From an uncultured Collinsella sp. (GTDB lineage Bacteria > Actinomycetota > Coriobacteriia > Coriobacteriales > Coriobacteriaceae): DNA of 33,146 nt. Below, one piece after another: positions 10,006-19,597 of the stretch. Both the position numbers and the translations under genes were made by a program. Location of the stretch: contig CABRFW010000001.1 of the NCBI GenBank assembly GCA_902470265.1, forward strand, positions 1 through 33,146, in the 5' to 3' direction. The notes under the pieces were generated by a model. That model was not told the origin of the DNA, ran no database searches, and saw nothing but the letters and a program-made list of their open reading frames with translations. Positions within the stretch are counted from its first letter, which is position 1. Each line of letters begins with the position of its first letter.

Positions 10006-10935
10006 CTACCTGTTTGCTTCAATGAGCTTTTCAAGCCGTAAAACACGATGGTAGAGGGCTGACTTCGACAAGGGAGGGTCAGCCATCTCCCCCAAATCAC
10101 GCAGCGACAGATCGGGATAGCGCTCGCGCAGGTCGCAAAAGACCGCCAAGGCATCCGGAAGCGCATCACGAAGGCCACGCTGCTCGAGCTCATCGATAAG
10201 CGCAAGCTGATGTTGGGCGGCACCGGCGCTTCTGGTCTGGTTGGCGAGCTCGGCGTTCACGCGACGGTTCACATCGTTCTTAACCAACTTGACCGCGCGC
10301 GCCTCCTCAATCTCGGCAACGCTGCGCTTGGCGCCAATCAGCTTTAATAGATGCTCGATTTCCTCGGCGCTCTTAATGTACACGGCATATGACCCCCGCC
10401 GTGCATTAACACGAGCATGGACCCCAATCTGCTCCAACAGATCGCAAAGCCCCTTGGCATATTGCTCGCCCTGCACAGCAATCTCCAAATGAAAATCGCC
10501 GCGTGGATCGGCCACGAAGCCGCCCGCGATGAGCGCGCCGCGGATATAGGCAAGTCTACAGCAAGGACGGGCAACGATATGTCGGGGTACGCCGGCGACA
10601 AGTCCTCCCCTACGTTCGAGGATACCCAGCAGAACCAAGGCCTTATCCAGGTCTGGCTGATCAGGCAAGGTGATGAGGTAGTTTCGAACCTTATGCAATA
10701 CAGATTTACGGACGGTGAACTCCGTTTTGAGCTTAAGGATACGATGCGTCAGCGTGATCATCGTGCGCGCGACGGCTCCCGTCTCAGTCGCAACCGTCAA
10801 ACGATACCGCCCAGAGCCGGTAAGCGAGAGCGTACCGCTCACGCGCGTGAGGGCGGCAAGCGTCGACAAGTCGCAGTATTCACATTCGGGTTCGCAGCGC
10901 GCAAGCTCGTCGCGCACCTCAGCGGTAAACGACAT
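10006..10935 (-). CDS. whiA: DNA-binding protein WhiA
   Basis: MSFTAEVRDEL N-terminus, YIRGALIAGG, VNRRVNAELAN, and C-terminal PDLSLRDLG...SKSALYHR HTH; next to rapZ. Confidence 0.93.
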   Translation of the reverse strand: MSFTAEVRDELARCEPECEYCDLSTLAALTRVSGTLSLTGSGRYRLTVATETGAVARTMITLTHRILKLKTEFTVRKSVLHKVRNYLITLPDQPDLDKALVLLGILERRGGLVAGVPRHIVARPCCRLAYIRGALIAGGFVADPRGDFHLEIAVQGEQYAKGLCDLLEQIGVHARVNARRGSYAVYIKSAEEIEHLLKLIGAKRSVAEIEEARAVKLVKNDVNRRVNAELANQTRSAGAAQHQLALIDELEQRGLRDALPDALAVFCDLRERYPDLSLRDLGEMADPPLSKSALYHRVLRLEKLIEANR

Positions 10936-10941
10936 GCGGGC

Positions 10942-11844
10942 CTATGCCTTCGTGTTGGCGCGCGACAGGTCGCGGTGGGAGATGCTCACATGATACTGAG
11001 CGCCTTCCAGGTAACGGGCCGTGGCCTCGGCAATGGCAACGCTGCGGTGCTGGCCGCCCGTGCAGCCGATGGCGATAGAAAGCTGCGGCTTACCCTCCGC
11101 GATATAACCGGGCATGACCGTATCGAGCAGCTGTGTCCAAGCCTTCCAAAACTCCTGCGTCTTGGGATGGTCCAGAACAAAATCGGAGACCTTTTTATCG
11201 AGACCGGTCATCGTGCGCATCTCGGGATCGTAGAACGGATTGGGCAGGAAGCGGACGTCGATCATAATATCCGCTTCGACGGGCATGCCGTGCTTAAAGC
11301 CAAACGAGAACACGTGGACATCCATAAGCTGCTGGTCGGACAGCTCGGAAAATGCCATACGCAGCTTGTTTCGCAGCGCAGAGGTGCGCAGACGGCTCGT
11401 GTCGATAATCATATCGGCTCGGTCGCGCACGCCCTGCAGCTGAAGGCGCTCGCGCTGAATGGCATCGGCCGTAGTCTCCCCCGGCTTGGCAATGGGATGA
11501 CGGCGGCGATTTTCGCTGTAGCGACGAATCAGCACCTCGTCAGAAGCCTCCAGGAACACGATGTCGCAGCTCATCTCGCGCTCTTCGAGAGCGGCGACCG
11601 CATCGAGCACCTCGTCAAACAGTCCCTGGCTACGCAAATCGCAGGTGACGGCGAGATGCCTGCCCACGCCCGTATTGATGCCGACGAGCTCGGCAAGCTG
11701 GGCGATGAGACGCGGAGGCAGGTTATCGATGCAAAAATAGCCCATGTCCTCGAACACGTGCATGGCCTGCGTGCGGCCTGATCCGGACATTCCGGTGATG
11801 ATGACGATATCGGGGATGCGCTCCGAGCGCTCCGCCGCATCCAT
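10942..11844 (-). CDS. rapZ: RapZ/YvcJ family P-loop nucleotide-binding protein
   Basis: ITGMSGSGRT, CIDNLPP, SFGFKHG, DVRFLPNPFY and GCTGGQHRSV motifs. Start at ATG 11844 after AAGGGAG. Confidence 0.95.
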   Translation of the reverse strand: MDAAERSERIPDIVIITGMSGSGRTQAMHVFEDMGYFCIDNLPPRLIAQLAELVGINTGVGRHLAVTCDLRSQGLFDEVLDAVAALEEREMSCDIVFLEASDEVLIRRYSENRRRHPIAKPGETTADAIQRERLQLQGVRDRADMIIDTSRLRTSALRNKLRMAFSELSDQQLMDVHVFSFGFKHGMPVEADIMIDVRFLPNPFYDPEMRTMTGLDKKVSDFVLDHPKTQEFWKAWTQLLDTVMPGYIAEGKPQLSIAIGCTGGQHRSVAIAEATARYLEGAQYHVSISHRDLSRANTKA

Positions 11845-11930
11845 GGCATCTCCCTTTTGCATGTGTTGCCTCCCGAAAACAAGCGCGGGACCCAGCAACC
11901 CGGATCCCGCGCGGTCAATTGCCTATATTG

Positions 11931-11938
11931 AGTATACC
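11931..11938 (-). promoter_or_regulatory. Putative -10 element for rapZ-whiA
   Basis: GG-TATACT just downstream of the nanE stop; a GC hairpin (about 11883-11912) follows in the predicted leader. Confidence 0.4.
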
Positions 11939-11963
11939 GCCCCGAGCGGATACGAGGCCTGTC

Positions 11964-12650
11964 TTACGCCTCAAGCGCAGCCTTGAACCAACTCGTAATA
12001 CTCGTGGGGTGCGTGATGGCGGTGCCGACGACAACGGCCCAGGCGCCAGCATCGATCGCGGCGCGAGCCTCCTCGGGCGTGTGCACGCGGCCCTCGCAGA
12101 TGATGGGAAGACCGGGGAATTCCTCGGTCGCCTGACGCAGGAGCGGCAGATCGGGGCCATCGGCCATGGTACAGTCGATGGCGGCGACGCCGTGAGAAAG
12201 CGTGGTGGATACCAGGTCGAAGCCCATATCAACCGCACGGCGAATGTCCTCGATGGTGGCGCAATCCGCCATCAGGAGCACACCCTCCTCGTGCAGCGGG
12301 CGGAAGGTATCCTCGACCGTCTTGCCATCGGGGCGCGGACGATCGGTGGCGTCGATCGCCACGATATCGGCACCGGCAGCAACGCAGGCGCGAGCGTGAC
12401 GCAGCGTCGGCGTGATGTAAACGCCCTCGTGCCCATCCTTCCACAGGCCGATGACGGGAACCTCACAGCGACCCTTAATGGCGGCAATGTCGGCAAGGCC
12501 CTGGCAGCGAATGGCGGCGGCGCCGCCGAGCTCGCAAGCACGCGACATTTGAGCCATGGTCTCGGGCGTACGAAGCGGCTCGCCCATATACGCCTGAACG
12601 CTCACGACGAGCTTGCCCTTCAGGGATTGAATCAAAGGATCGACGGTCAT
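11964..12650 (-). CDS. nanE: N-acetylmannosamine-6-phosphate 2-epimerase
   Basis: LVVSVQA, PVIGLWK, VYITPT, TTLSHG, ICEGRVHTP and VVVGTAITHP motifs; follows the ROK kinase and NanA. Confidence 0.93.
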   Translation of the reverse strand: MTVDPLIQSLKGKLVVSVQAYMGEPLRTPETMAQMSRACELGGAAAIRCQGLADIAAIKGRCEVPVIGLWKDGHEGVYITPTLRHARACVAAGADIVAIDATDRPRPDGKTVEDTFRPLHEEGVLLMADCATIEDIRRAVDMGFDLVSTTLSHGVAAIDCTMADGPDLPLLRQATEEFPGLPIICEGRVHTPEEARAAIDAGAWAVVVGTAITHPTSITSWFKAALEA

Positions 12651-12720
12651 AAGGCTGTAACCTTTCTCAGAACAGCCTCCCGAGGCGTGTTGTCTCTGGA
12701 GGCTCCTACAGAAGATACGT

Positions 12721-13686
12721 TTACTTCAACGAGGCAAGAAGATGCTCAGCGGCACCGATGAGCGGAGCATCGCCCTCCAGAGAACCGATGAGGATCGGCG
12801 TGTCCTGAAGCGGATCGAGCGCCTGGCTGGCATAGCCCTCGTGCACCGAATCCTTCCACGTCTGTGAACGCCAATCGGGACCTTGGTGAATCACGCCACC
12901 CGAAAGCACGATGACCTCAGGGTCCAGGATGTTAGCGAGCGAGCCCAAGCTGGCACCCAGCGCAAAACCGGCGTCATGGATGACCTCGGTCGCCTTTGCG
13001 TCGCCCGCACGGCACAGGTCGTTCACATCGCGACCGACCGAAGGACGGCTGGGGTCGACGCGACCAAAGCGCTCATCGTACATACGACCAATGGAAGTGC
13101 CCGAAGCAACCGACTCAAGATGACCGGAACGCCCGCAGGCGCAGGGAATGCCGGCGGCAGCCGAGCACTCGATGTGGCCCATATGACCGGCAGCACCATG
13201 GAAGCCCTGCATCACGCGGCCGTTCTCGACATATGCGCCGCCGATGCCCGTGCCGATGCCCAGGCACAAGACGGAGAACTTGCCCTTGCCGACGCCCCAG
13301 TGGGCCTCGCCCAGAGCATGAGCCTGCACGTCGCCCACAACGGCAACGGGGAGACCAAGGTCCTCGCGCAGACGCGGCCCCAACTGAACGCCGGACCAGC
13401 CGGGCATGATCTCGTTGGCATACGCGATGGCGCCCGTCTTGGGATCGACGACGCCGGCGGCACCGATACCGACGCCAAGGACCTCGACATCGGGATTCGC
13501 CTCGAGAGCAGCCTTGATGGACGCCTCGATACGCTGGAAGACGGCCTCGCCGCCCTCCTGGGCCTCGGTGGGAACCTCGGCCTCAAATACGGGATGGGGC
13601 ACGCTGCCGTCAGCCGGGTACTCCATGATGGCAGTCGCGATCTTAGTTCCGCCGATATCGACAGAGCAGACGTACTTGTTCTCCAT
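12721..13686 (-). CDS. nanK: ROK-family kinase, probable N-acetylmannosamine kinase
   Basis: VDIGGTKI, GTGIGG and GHMGH...CACGRSGHLE motifs. Substrate inferred from its position between nanA and nanE. Confidence 0.82.
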   Translation of the reverse strand: MENKYVCSVDIGGTKIATAIMEYPADGSVPHPVFEAEVPTEAQEGGEAVFQRIEASIKAALEANPDVEVLGVGIGAAGVVDPKTGAIAYANEIMPGWSGVQLGPRLREDLGLPVAVVGDVQAHALGEAHWGVGKGKFSVLCLGIGTGIGGAYVENGRVMQGFHGAAGHMGHIECSAAAGIPCACGRSGHLESVASGTSIGRMYDERFGRVDPSRPSVGRDVNDLCRAGDAKATEVIHDAGFALGASLGSLANILDPEVIVLSGGVIHQGPDWRSQTWKDSVHEGYASQALDPLQDTPILIGSLEGDAPLIGAAEHLLASLK

Positions 13687-13859
13687 GTCGCTCTCCTTAG
13701 GAGATAAAAAACAACTACAGGAAATGCGCCGTCAGGCTAGCCGTCACAGCGCGGTAAAGGTTTTCCAGGTGTCCGAGATCGCCGAGAAACCGTGTGGCCA
13801 TTAACCTAATGGGTCATGGCCGCACGGTTGAACGGCGAGGTCGGGTGCCCGGGGAAGCT

Positions 13860-14780
13860 TTACAGGAGACCGTTGTCCTGGAGGACCTTCTTAATCGCCT
13901 CGACGTTCTCGCCGGTCATGGCCTTCACCGGGCGCGGCATGGTCGGGCTGTCGAAGATGCCCATGAGGTTCATAGCGGTCTTGAAGGCGCCGACGCCACC
14001 GGCATAGCCCTGGACGCCCGAGGTGACATCCCAGATGTGCGAAATCTCATTGAGGCGATCCTGCTCGGCCTTGACGGTAGCCCAGTCACCATCCTGAGCG
14101 GCCTTCCACTGACGCACGTAGCCCTCGGGCTCAACGTTGGCGAGACCCGGGACGGAACCGTCGGCGCCACCGAGGTAAGCGCCGTCGACAACAACCTCGT
14201 GACCGGTGAGGATGCTCATCGGATGGCCGTTCTTCTCGTTCTCCTGAACGAGGTAGCGGAACGAGATGTCATCACCCGAGGAATCCTTGACGCCGGCCAG
14301 AACGCCCTCGGCGCCGAGCTTGGCAAGGAGCTTCCAGGGGAGCTTGGTGTGAACGCAGACGGGGATGTCGTAGGCGAAGATGGGCAGGTCGAGTTCCTCA
14401 TGCAGGATGCGGAAGTGCTCCTCAACCTCGGTCATGCCCTGCAGGGCATAGAACGGGCAGGTGGCGACGAGGGCATCGGCGCCCAGCTCCTGGGCGACCT
14501 TGCCGTGCTCGATCATGCGCTCGGTCTCGGTATCGATGATGCCGACCAGAACAGGCACACGGTGGTCGACGATACGGACGGCCTCGGCGATAATCTGGCG
14601 ACGGCGCTCGTCGGTGGAGAAGACGACCTCGCCCGAGGATCCCAAGAAGAACAGGCCATCGACGCCGGCGTCGATCATGCGGTTGATGCTGCGCTCAAAG
14701 GAGACAACATCGAGCTGGTGATCTTCGGTATCGGGAACAACGACGGGAGGGATAACGCCGGTGAATTTCTGAGTTGCCAC
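13860..14780 (-). CDS. nanA: N-acetylneuraminate lyase (DHDPS/NAL family)
   Basis: LGSSGE (Ser-type motif), FAYDIP and GVKDSSGD Schiff-base lysine. GTG start at 14780 after AAGGAGA; clustered with nanK and nanE. Confidence 0.85.
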   Translation of the reverse strand: MATQKFTGVIPPVVVPDTEDHQLDVVSFERSINRMIDAGVDGLFFLGSSGEVVFSTDERRRQIIAEAVRIVDHRVPVLVGIIDTETERMIEHGKVAQELGADALVATCPFYALQGMTEVEEHFRILHEELDLPIFAYDIPVCVHTKLPWKLLAKLGAEGVLAGVKDSSGDDISFRYLVQENEKNGHPMSILTGHEVVVDGAYLGGADGSVPGLANVEPEGYVRQWKAAQDGDWATVKAEQDRLNEISHIWDVTSGVQGYAGGVGAFKTAMNLMGIFDSPTMPRPVKAMTGENVEAIKKVLQDNGLL

Positions 14781-14848
14781 GAGAATCTCCTTAGTTGTCT
14801 GGTGGGCAGCCCTATGCCGCCCACTCTTGTTGGCAGTGTCCAGGCCGT

Positions 14849-15700
14849 CTAGGCCAAAGAACACGAGTAGAACGTTTGGTTAAAAAAGTCGACGACTTCG
14901 TTTTCGAACGCATTGATGCGCTCGTGAGCGTATTTGGCATAGATGATATGCCTCCGGTCACACTCAAACCCGTTGAATACGGCAAACTGATCCTTGGGAT
15001 CGCTCACGGTATCCATAAGCGATGTGCCCATGAGCACCGATCCGCGCACCCGAGACGACAGCGCCTCGAGGCCGCCAGGAAGCGGATTGGCAACCGCCGT
15101 GCAGGCGAGGCCCCGCTCGTCCAGAGCAGAAACCGCCAGCGCGACTCCGCCGCCAAGACCCTCGCCCCATGCAAAGATGCGGTCGGGGTCCATGCCATCA
15201 AGATTGCGCGCCACCTTCGCCAGCGCGCAGCCCCAACGGACGCGCTCGACAAAAGCGGGCGAAGAAATCCCCCGCTGCAGGTCGTCCGCACCAGCAACAT
15301 CGTCATCCAGCGCGAGGACGGCATACCCCATGGCGGCAAATCTCGTCATGTGATGCCAGCCGCGCACAGGCCGATCGATGTCGTGGAACATCAGGCACAG
15401 CGGCACGCGCTCAGATACTCGGGCACGACCGACAGGCTCGATCAAACGAGCGTGAATCGCATCGTCACCGAGCTCAAAGGAGACCTCCGAGTAACGGGCG
15501 CAGGGGTTAACAAAGTCAATCGCCGTAATGGCCAGGCCTTGAATCTCAAGATTCGAAGCGCATGTCTCTAAATCAGAAACATCTGCTTGGACATCACCGC
15601 GCCAGTCCCGATATTCTGCGAGCCTTGACGAAACCGTTCCAGGAATTCCCACAAGCCCGGGGACAATCAGCTCGTCAACATTGCTCTCGCACTTAGACAT
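14849..15700 (-). CDS. Acetylxylan-esterase (CE7)-like alpha/beta hydrolase homologue lacking the nucleophilic Ser
   Basis: Colinear with the upstream paralogue (IHARLIEP, LMFH, QFAVFN, YAHE), but the nucleophile elbow reads WGEGLGG. Its start overlaps the upstream stop (ATGTCTAA). Confidence 0.75.
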   Translation of the reverse strand: MSKCESNVDELIVPGLVGIPGTVSSRLAEYRDWRGDVQADVSDLETCASNLEIQGLAITAIDFVNPCARYSEVSFELGDDAIHARLIEPVGRARVSERVPLCLMFHDIDRPVRGWHHMTRFAAMGYAVLALDDDVAGADDLQRGISSPAFVERVRWGCALAKVARNLDGMDPDRIFAWGEGLGGGVALAVSALDERGLACTAVANPLPGGLEALSSRVRGSVLMGTSLMDTVSDPKDQFAVFNGFECDRRHIIYAKYAHERINAFENEVVDFFNQTFYSCSLA

Positions 15701-16670
15701 GAGCCTCCCCTCCCTTGCAGAAAAACGGAATGATCAAATCGTCAAAATCCTGAATCTCCTCGTGGCCAAAGCCTTCAAAGAACTCATGACGCTTTTCGCA
15801 GGTCAGGTTGTTATAGACCGCAAACTGCGTCGCTGGCGGACAGACGATATCGGCTGTGCCGGTGCCAAACAGCACGGGGCATTTGACCATAGGGGCAAAG
15901 TTCTTGGAATCGAAGTACGCCAGCTTGGCATAGGCTTCGTCAATACGAGTCGAGTCCTCGTCAAACCAGCGAGACCAATAGCGCAGGCCCTCGTAGGCAA
16001 TGTCATCGGCATCCAAATCCCAGACCAGGCGAAAATCTGACAGGAAGGGATAGAGGATGGCGGCGCGATTGATAAGCTCGCTGTTAAGTGCACAGGTCGC
16101 AATGCCCAAACCGCCGCCCTGAGACGCGCCGTTCACAAACACACGGGCAAGATCGATGCCCTCGAGCTCGCGAACGATGCGGCACAGGATGCGAATATCT
16201 TGGTGCAAGCGGACATAGTAGAGGTTGGCCGGGTCGCCGTCGATACCGGCGACGATATGGCCCGCGACCGTTGTGCCCTCAAATCCACCAATGTCCTCGG
16301 AGGGACCTCCTTGGCCGGGGCAGTCGAGGGCGATGAGTGCCATGCCCATGCCCGCAAACGACGCCTGCTCAAACCAGCTGCGGCTTGCACCCGGATACCC
16401 ATGGAACTGAAGCACCAATGGCACGGGCTCGTCCGAGACGGGCTTAAGGTACTTGGCATGCAGGCGCGCGCCACACATGCCGGTATACCAGAGGTCGAAA
16501 AGCTGGCAGGTCGCGGCATCGGCGACCGATGCCGTCTCGATCGCATAGTCAAGCCCGACGGCGTCGGCCTCGGCCATGCGATCCTTCCAAAAGAGATCGA
16601 AATCTGATGGACGGGGCATGGCGCCTCGATATTCACCAAATTGATGTTGTAGCTCCTGAGCACTTGGCAT
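15693..16670 (-). CDS. Acetylxylan esterase/cephalosporin-C deacetylase family (CE7); candidate sialate O-acetylesterase
   Basis: PSDFDLFW, FHGY, GASQGG (Ser), DIVCPP (Asp) and GHEE (His) give an intact triad. Start at ATG 16670 (alternative TTG 16685). Confidence 0.88.
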   Translation of the reverse strand: MPSAQELQHQFGEYRGAMPRPSDFDLFWKDRMAEADAVGLDYAIETASVADAATCQLFDLWYTGMCGARLHAKYLKPVSDEPVPLVLQFHGYPGASRSWFEQASFAGMGMALIALDCPGQGGPSEDIGGFEGTTVAGHIVAGIDGDPANLYYVRLHQDIRILCRIVRELEGIDLARVFVNGASQGGGLGIATCALNSELINRAAILYPFLSDFRLVWDLDADDIAYEGLRYWSRWFDEDSTRIDEAYAKLAYFDSKNFAPMVKCPVLFGTGTADIVCPPATQFAVYNNLTCEKRHEFFEGFGHEEIQDFDDLIIPFFCKGGEAHV

Positions 16671-16706
16671 GGCTCGTGAACCCAACCTTTCGAATTCGCA
16701 ACGGAG

Positions 16707-16734
16707 GTGCGCCCGGCAAGGGAACCGGGCGCAC
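16707..16734 (-). other. GC-rich intercistronic hairpin between the ABC ATPase gene and the esterase gene
   Basis: GTGCGCCCGG pairs with CCGGGCGCAC (10 bp); no U-tail. Confidence 0.55.
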
Positions 16735-16750
16735 GGGAGGGAAAGCGAGG

Positions 16751-17578
16751 CTACTCGCCGAGCTTGGGATGCAGCAGCGACGGCGCAGCGCCGAGCAGCA
16801 TCTTGGTGTAGGGGTCCTGGGGGTGCTGGAAGACCTGCTTGGCCTCGCCCTGCTCGACGATCTTGCCGCCATTCATAACGATGATGTCGTCAGAGATATA
16901 GCGGACCGTCTGGATGTCATGGCTGATGAACACCATGGCCAGGCCGAGCTCCTTCTTAAGGTCGGTCAACAGGTTCAGAATCTGCGCGCGGACCGAAACG
17001 TCCAGAGCCGAGGTGGGCTCGTCGGCGATGATGGCGTCGGGGTTCAGCGACAGGGCACGGGCAATTGCCACGCGCTGGCGCTGACCGCCCGAAAGCTGGC
17101 CGGGAAGAACCTCGGCGGCAGAGCTGGGCAGACCGGTGAGCTCCAAGAGTTCCTTGACGCGCTTCTCCTGCTCGGCCTCGGTACCCAAGTTGTGGACGCG
17201 CATGGGGTCGAGCAGCTGCTCGCGAACGACCATGCGGGGGTTGAGCGCCGTGGCCGGGTTCTGGAACACGACCGAGATGACGCGACCCATATGGCGACGG
17301 TCCTCGGCGGTACGTTTGGTAACGTCCTTGCCCTTAAAGTAGACCTTGCCGCTCGTGGGGGCCTGCAGGCCGCACATGACGTTAGCGGTGGTGGACTTAC
17401 CGCAACCGGACTCGCCGACGATGCCGATCGTCTGACCGGGCATGAGCTTAATCGTTACACCCTGGACGGCGTGAACCAGGTTGGGGTGCAGAATCGAGCC
17501 GGTACGGGTCCTAAAGGTGACGTGGACGTCATCAAGGAAGATGATCGGCTCGACGCCGTTGACTGCGGTCTCGCTCAT
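16751..17578 (-). CDS. ABC transporter ATP-binding subunit of the probable sialic acid transporter (NanF-like)
   Basis: GESGCGKS, LSGGQRQR and DEPTSALD motifs; last gene of the transporter block. Confidence 0.92.
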   Translation of the reverse strand: MSETAVNGVEPIIFLDDVHVTFRTRTGSILHPNLVHAVQGVTIKLMPGQTIGIVGESGCGKSTTANVMCGLQAPTSGKVYFKGKDVTKRTAEDRRHMGRVISVVFQNPATALNPRMVVREQLLDPMRVHNLGTEAEQEKRVKELLELTGLPSSAAEVLPGQLSGGQRQRVAIARALSLNPDAIIADEPTSALDVSVRAQILNLLTDLKKELGLAMVFISHDIQTVRYISDDIIVMNGGKIVEQGEAKQVFQHPQDPYTKMLLGAAPSLLHPKLGE

Positions 17579-19594
17579 CTACATCACCTCCGCGTGAGGG
17601 GTCAAACCATTTGCCTTGAGCACCTCGTCGGGGAGCTCGGAATAGAAGTGCTCGGTGCCGGGCACGCGCTTGAAGACCGGACGGGTGTCCAGGCCAATAC
17701 GCGGATGGCTCGAGCGGGGCGCGAAGCGATCGCCCTTGGGGAAATCGCGCGGACTCGGAACGGCGCCGGGCACCTGGTGCAGGCGGCCCGAACCGCTCTC
17801 GATGGACAGAACGGAGCCCAGAAGACCGCGGGTGTACTCGTGAATCGGGTTGGTGAGCAGCTCCTTGGTGGGCGCCTGCTCGATAACCTGACCAGCGTAC
17901 ATAACCGTGATGTTGTGGGCGACCTCGGCGACCAGCGCCAGGTCGTGCGAAACGAAGATCATGGCAAAGCCGAGCTTGGCCTGAAGATCGTTGAGCAGCT
18001 TGATGACCTGCTTCTGGACGGTAACGTCCAGAGCGGTCGTGGGCTCGTCGCAGATGACCAGCTTGGGGTCGCGGGTAAGGGCCATAGCGATCAGAACGCG
18101 CTGACGCTGACCACCGGAAAGCTCATGCGGATAGCTCTCGAGCGTACGCTTGGGGTCGAGGCCCACGAGCTCCAGGAGCTCCTCGGCGCTACGGGTGCCG
18201 CCACGCTTGGTGAGCTGCTTCATCTGGGCGGAAATGAGCATGGAGGGGTTGAGCGAGGACAGGGCGTCCTGATAGACCATGGCGATATCGGTACCGCGCA
18301 GGCCGAACCACTCTTTCTTGCTCATCTTGAGCAGGTCGCGACCCTCCCAGAGAACCTCACCGGAAAGGTGCTCGTCATCATCGGTCAGACCCATGATGGC
18401 CAGCGTGGTGATGGACTTACCGCAGCCGGACTCGCCTACCAGACCCATGGTCTGGCCGGGACGGACGTCAAAGTTGACGTGGTCGACGACGTTGATGTCA
18501 CCGTGGTGCTCAAACTGGATGCAGAAATCGCGTACCGAAAGGATCGGCTCAACGGACTCGTCGGGCACGTGGCGATCGTCACGCTTGAGCTCGACATCGC
18601 GCAGAGCGCCAAGGCGAGCGGAGAGGGACTGGGCCTGCTCCTTGTAGGCGCGAACGGGGTCGGAGACCAGCAGGTCGGCCTCGCGACGCTTGGAGGAATC
18701 GGTCGGATCCAGGGCGGCGGAGGGAGCAGCGGCCATGGCGTCGGTAATGCCCTCGGAGAGGATGTTGAGCGCCAGGCAGGTGATCATGATGGCCAGGCCC
18801 GGGAACAGCGCCTGCCACCAACGGCCGGCGAGCACGCCGCCGCGGGCGTCGGCGAGGATGTTGCCCCAGGTAGCGGTGGGCTCCTGGATACCAGCGCCGA
18901 TGAAGGTCAGCGAGGCCTCGAAGATGATGGCGTCGGCGACCAGGGTAACGGTGAAGACCATGATCGGGGCGATGCAGTTACGCAGAACATGCTTGATCAA
19001 AATCCACGGAGCCTTGGCGCCGGAAACGATGACCGCGCGGACATAGTCCTCGCCGTACTCGGACACGATATTGGCGCGCACGATACGGGCAATCTGCGGA
19101 GTGTACATAAAGCCGATGGCGAAGATGATCGACGGCACGGAGTTGCCCAGGATGGAGACGAAGACGGCCGCGAGGGCGATGCCCGGGATGGACATGATGA
19201 TGTCCAAGATACGCATGATCGTCTCGGAGACGGCCTTGCGCGAAACCGCTGCAAGGGCGCCCACGACCGAGCCGCAGACCAGAGCCATGGCAGTGGCGCC
19301 AAAGCCGATAATCAGCGAGTAACGACCACCGTAGAGCATACGCGACAGAATGTCGCGACCCTTATCGTCGGTACCGAAGATAAATCCGTTGCCGGGAGCC
19401 TGGCGAGCCGTAAAGATCTCGACCGGGCTATAGGGGGCAAGAAGGGGCGCCAGAATCGCAGTCAGGGCGACCAGCACCAGCACGACGGCTGCAATCTTAG
19501 AAGACAGCGTCATCTTCTTCCAGCCACCGAGCTTGAGCCCCTTGGAGGCAGCCTTCTCGAGCTGCTCGGTTTGCTTCTCTCGAATCTTTACCAT
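17579..19594 (-). CDS. Fused ABC permease + ATP-binding subunit of the probable sialic acid transporter (NanD-like)
   Basis: N-terminal DppC-type permease (FGTDDKGRD) fused to a DppD-type ATPase (GESGCGKS, LSGGQRQR), the architecture of actinobacterial NanBCDF-type systems. Confidence 0.9.
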   Translation of the reverse strand: MVKIREKQTEQLEKAASKGLKLGGWKKMTLSSKIAAVVLVLVALTAILAPLLAPYSPVEIFTARQAPGNGFIFGTDDKGRDILSRMLYGGRYSLIIGFGATAMALVCGSVVGALAAVSRKAVSETIMRILDIIMSIPGIALAAVFVSILGNSVPSIIFAIGFMYTPQIARIVRANIVSEYGEDYVRAVIVSGAKAPWILIKHVLRNCIAPIMVFTVTLVADAIIFEASLTFIGAGIQEPTATWGNILADARGGVLAGRWWQALFPGLAIMITCLALNILSEGITDAMAAAPSAALDPTDSSKRREADLLVSDPVRAYKEQAQSLSARLGALRDVELKRDDRHVPDESVEPILSVRDFCIQFEHHGDINVVDHVNFDVRPGQTMGLVGESGCGKSITTLAIMGLTDDDEHLSGEVLWEGRDLLKMSKKEWFGLRGTDIAMVYQDALSSLNPSMLISAQMKQLTKRGGTRSAEELLELVGLDPKRTLESYPHELSGGQRQRVLIAMALTRDPKLVICDEPTTALDVTVQKQVIKLLNDLQAKLGFAMIFVSHDLALVAEVAHNITVMYAGQVIEQAPTKELLTNPIHEYTRGLLGSVLSIESGSGRLHQVPGAVPSPRDFPKGDRFAPRSSHPRIGLDTRPVFKRVPGTEHFYSELPDEVLKANGLTPHAEVM

Positions 19595-19597
19595 AAT

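Noticed and set aside
14849..16670. Weaker GC3 bias in the esterase genes as proof of recent horizontal transfer
   Set aside because: Judged only by eye, and whiA and uvrC look similar, so low expression explains it equally well.
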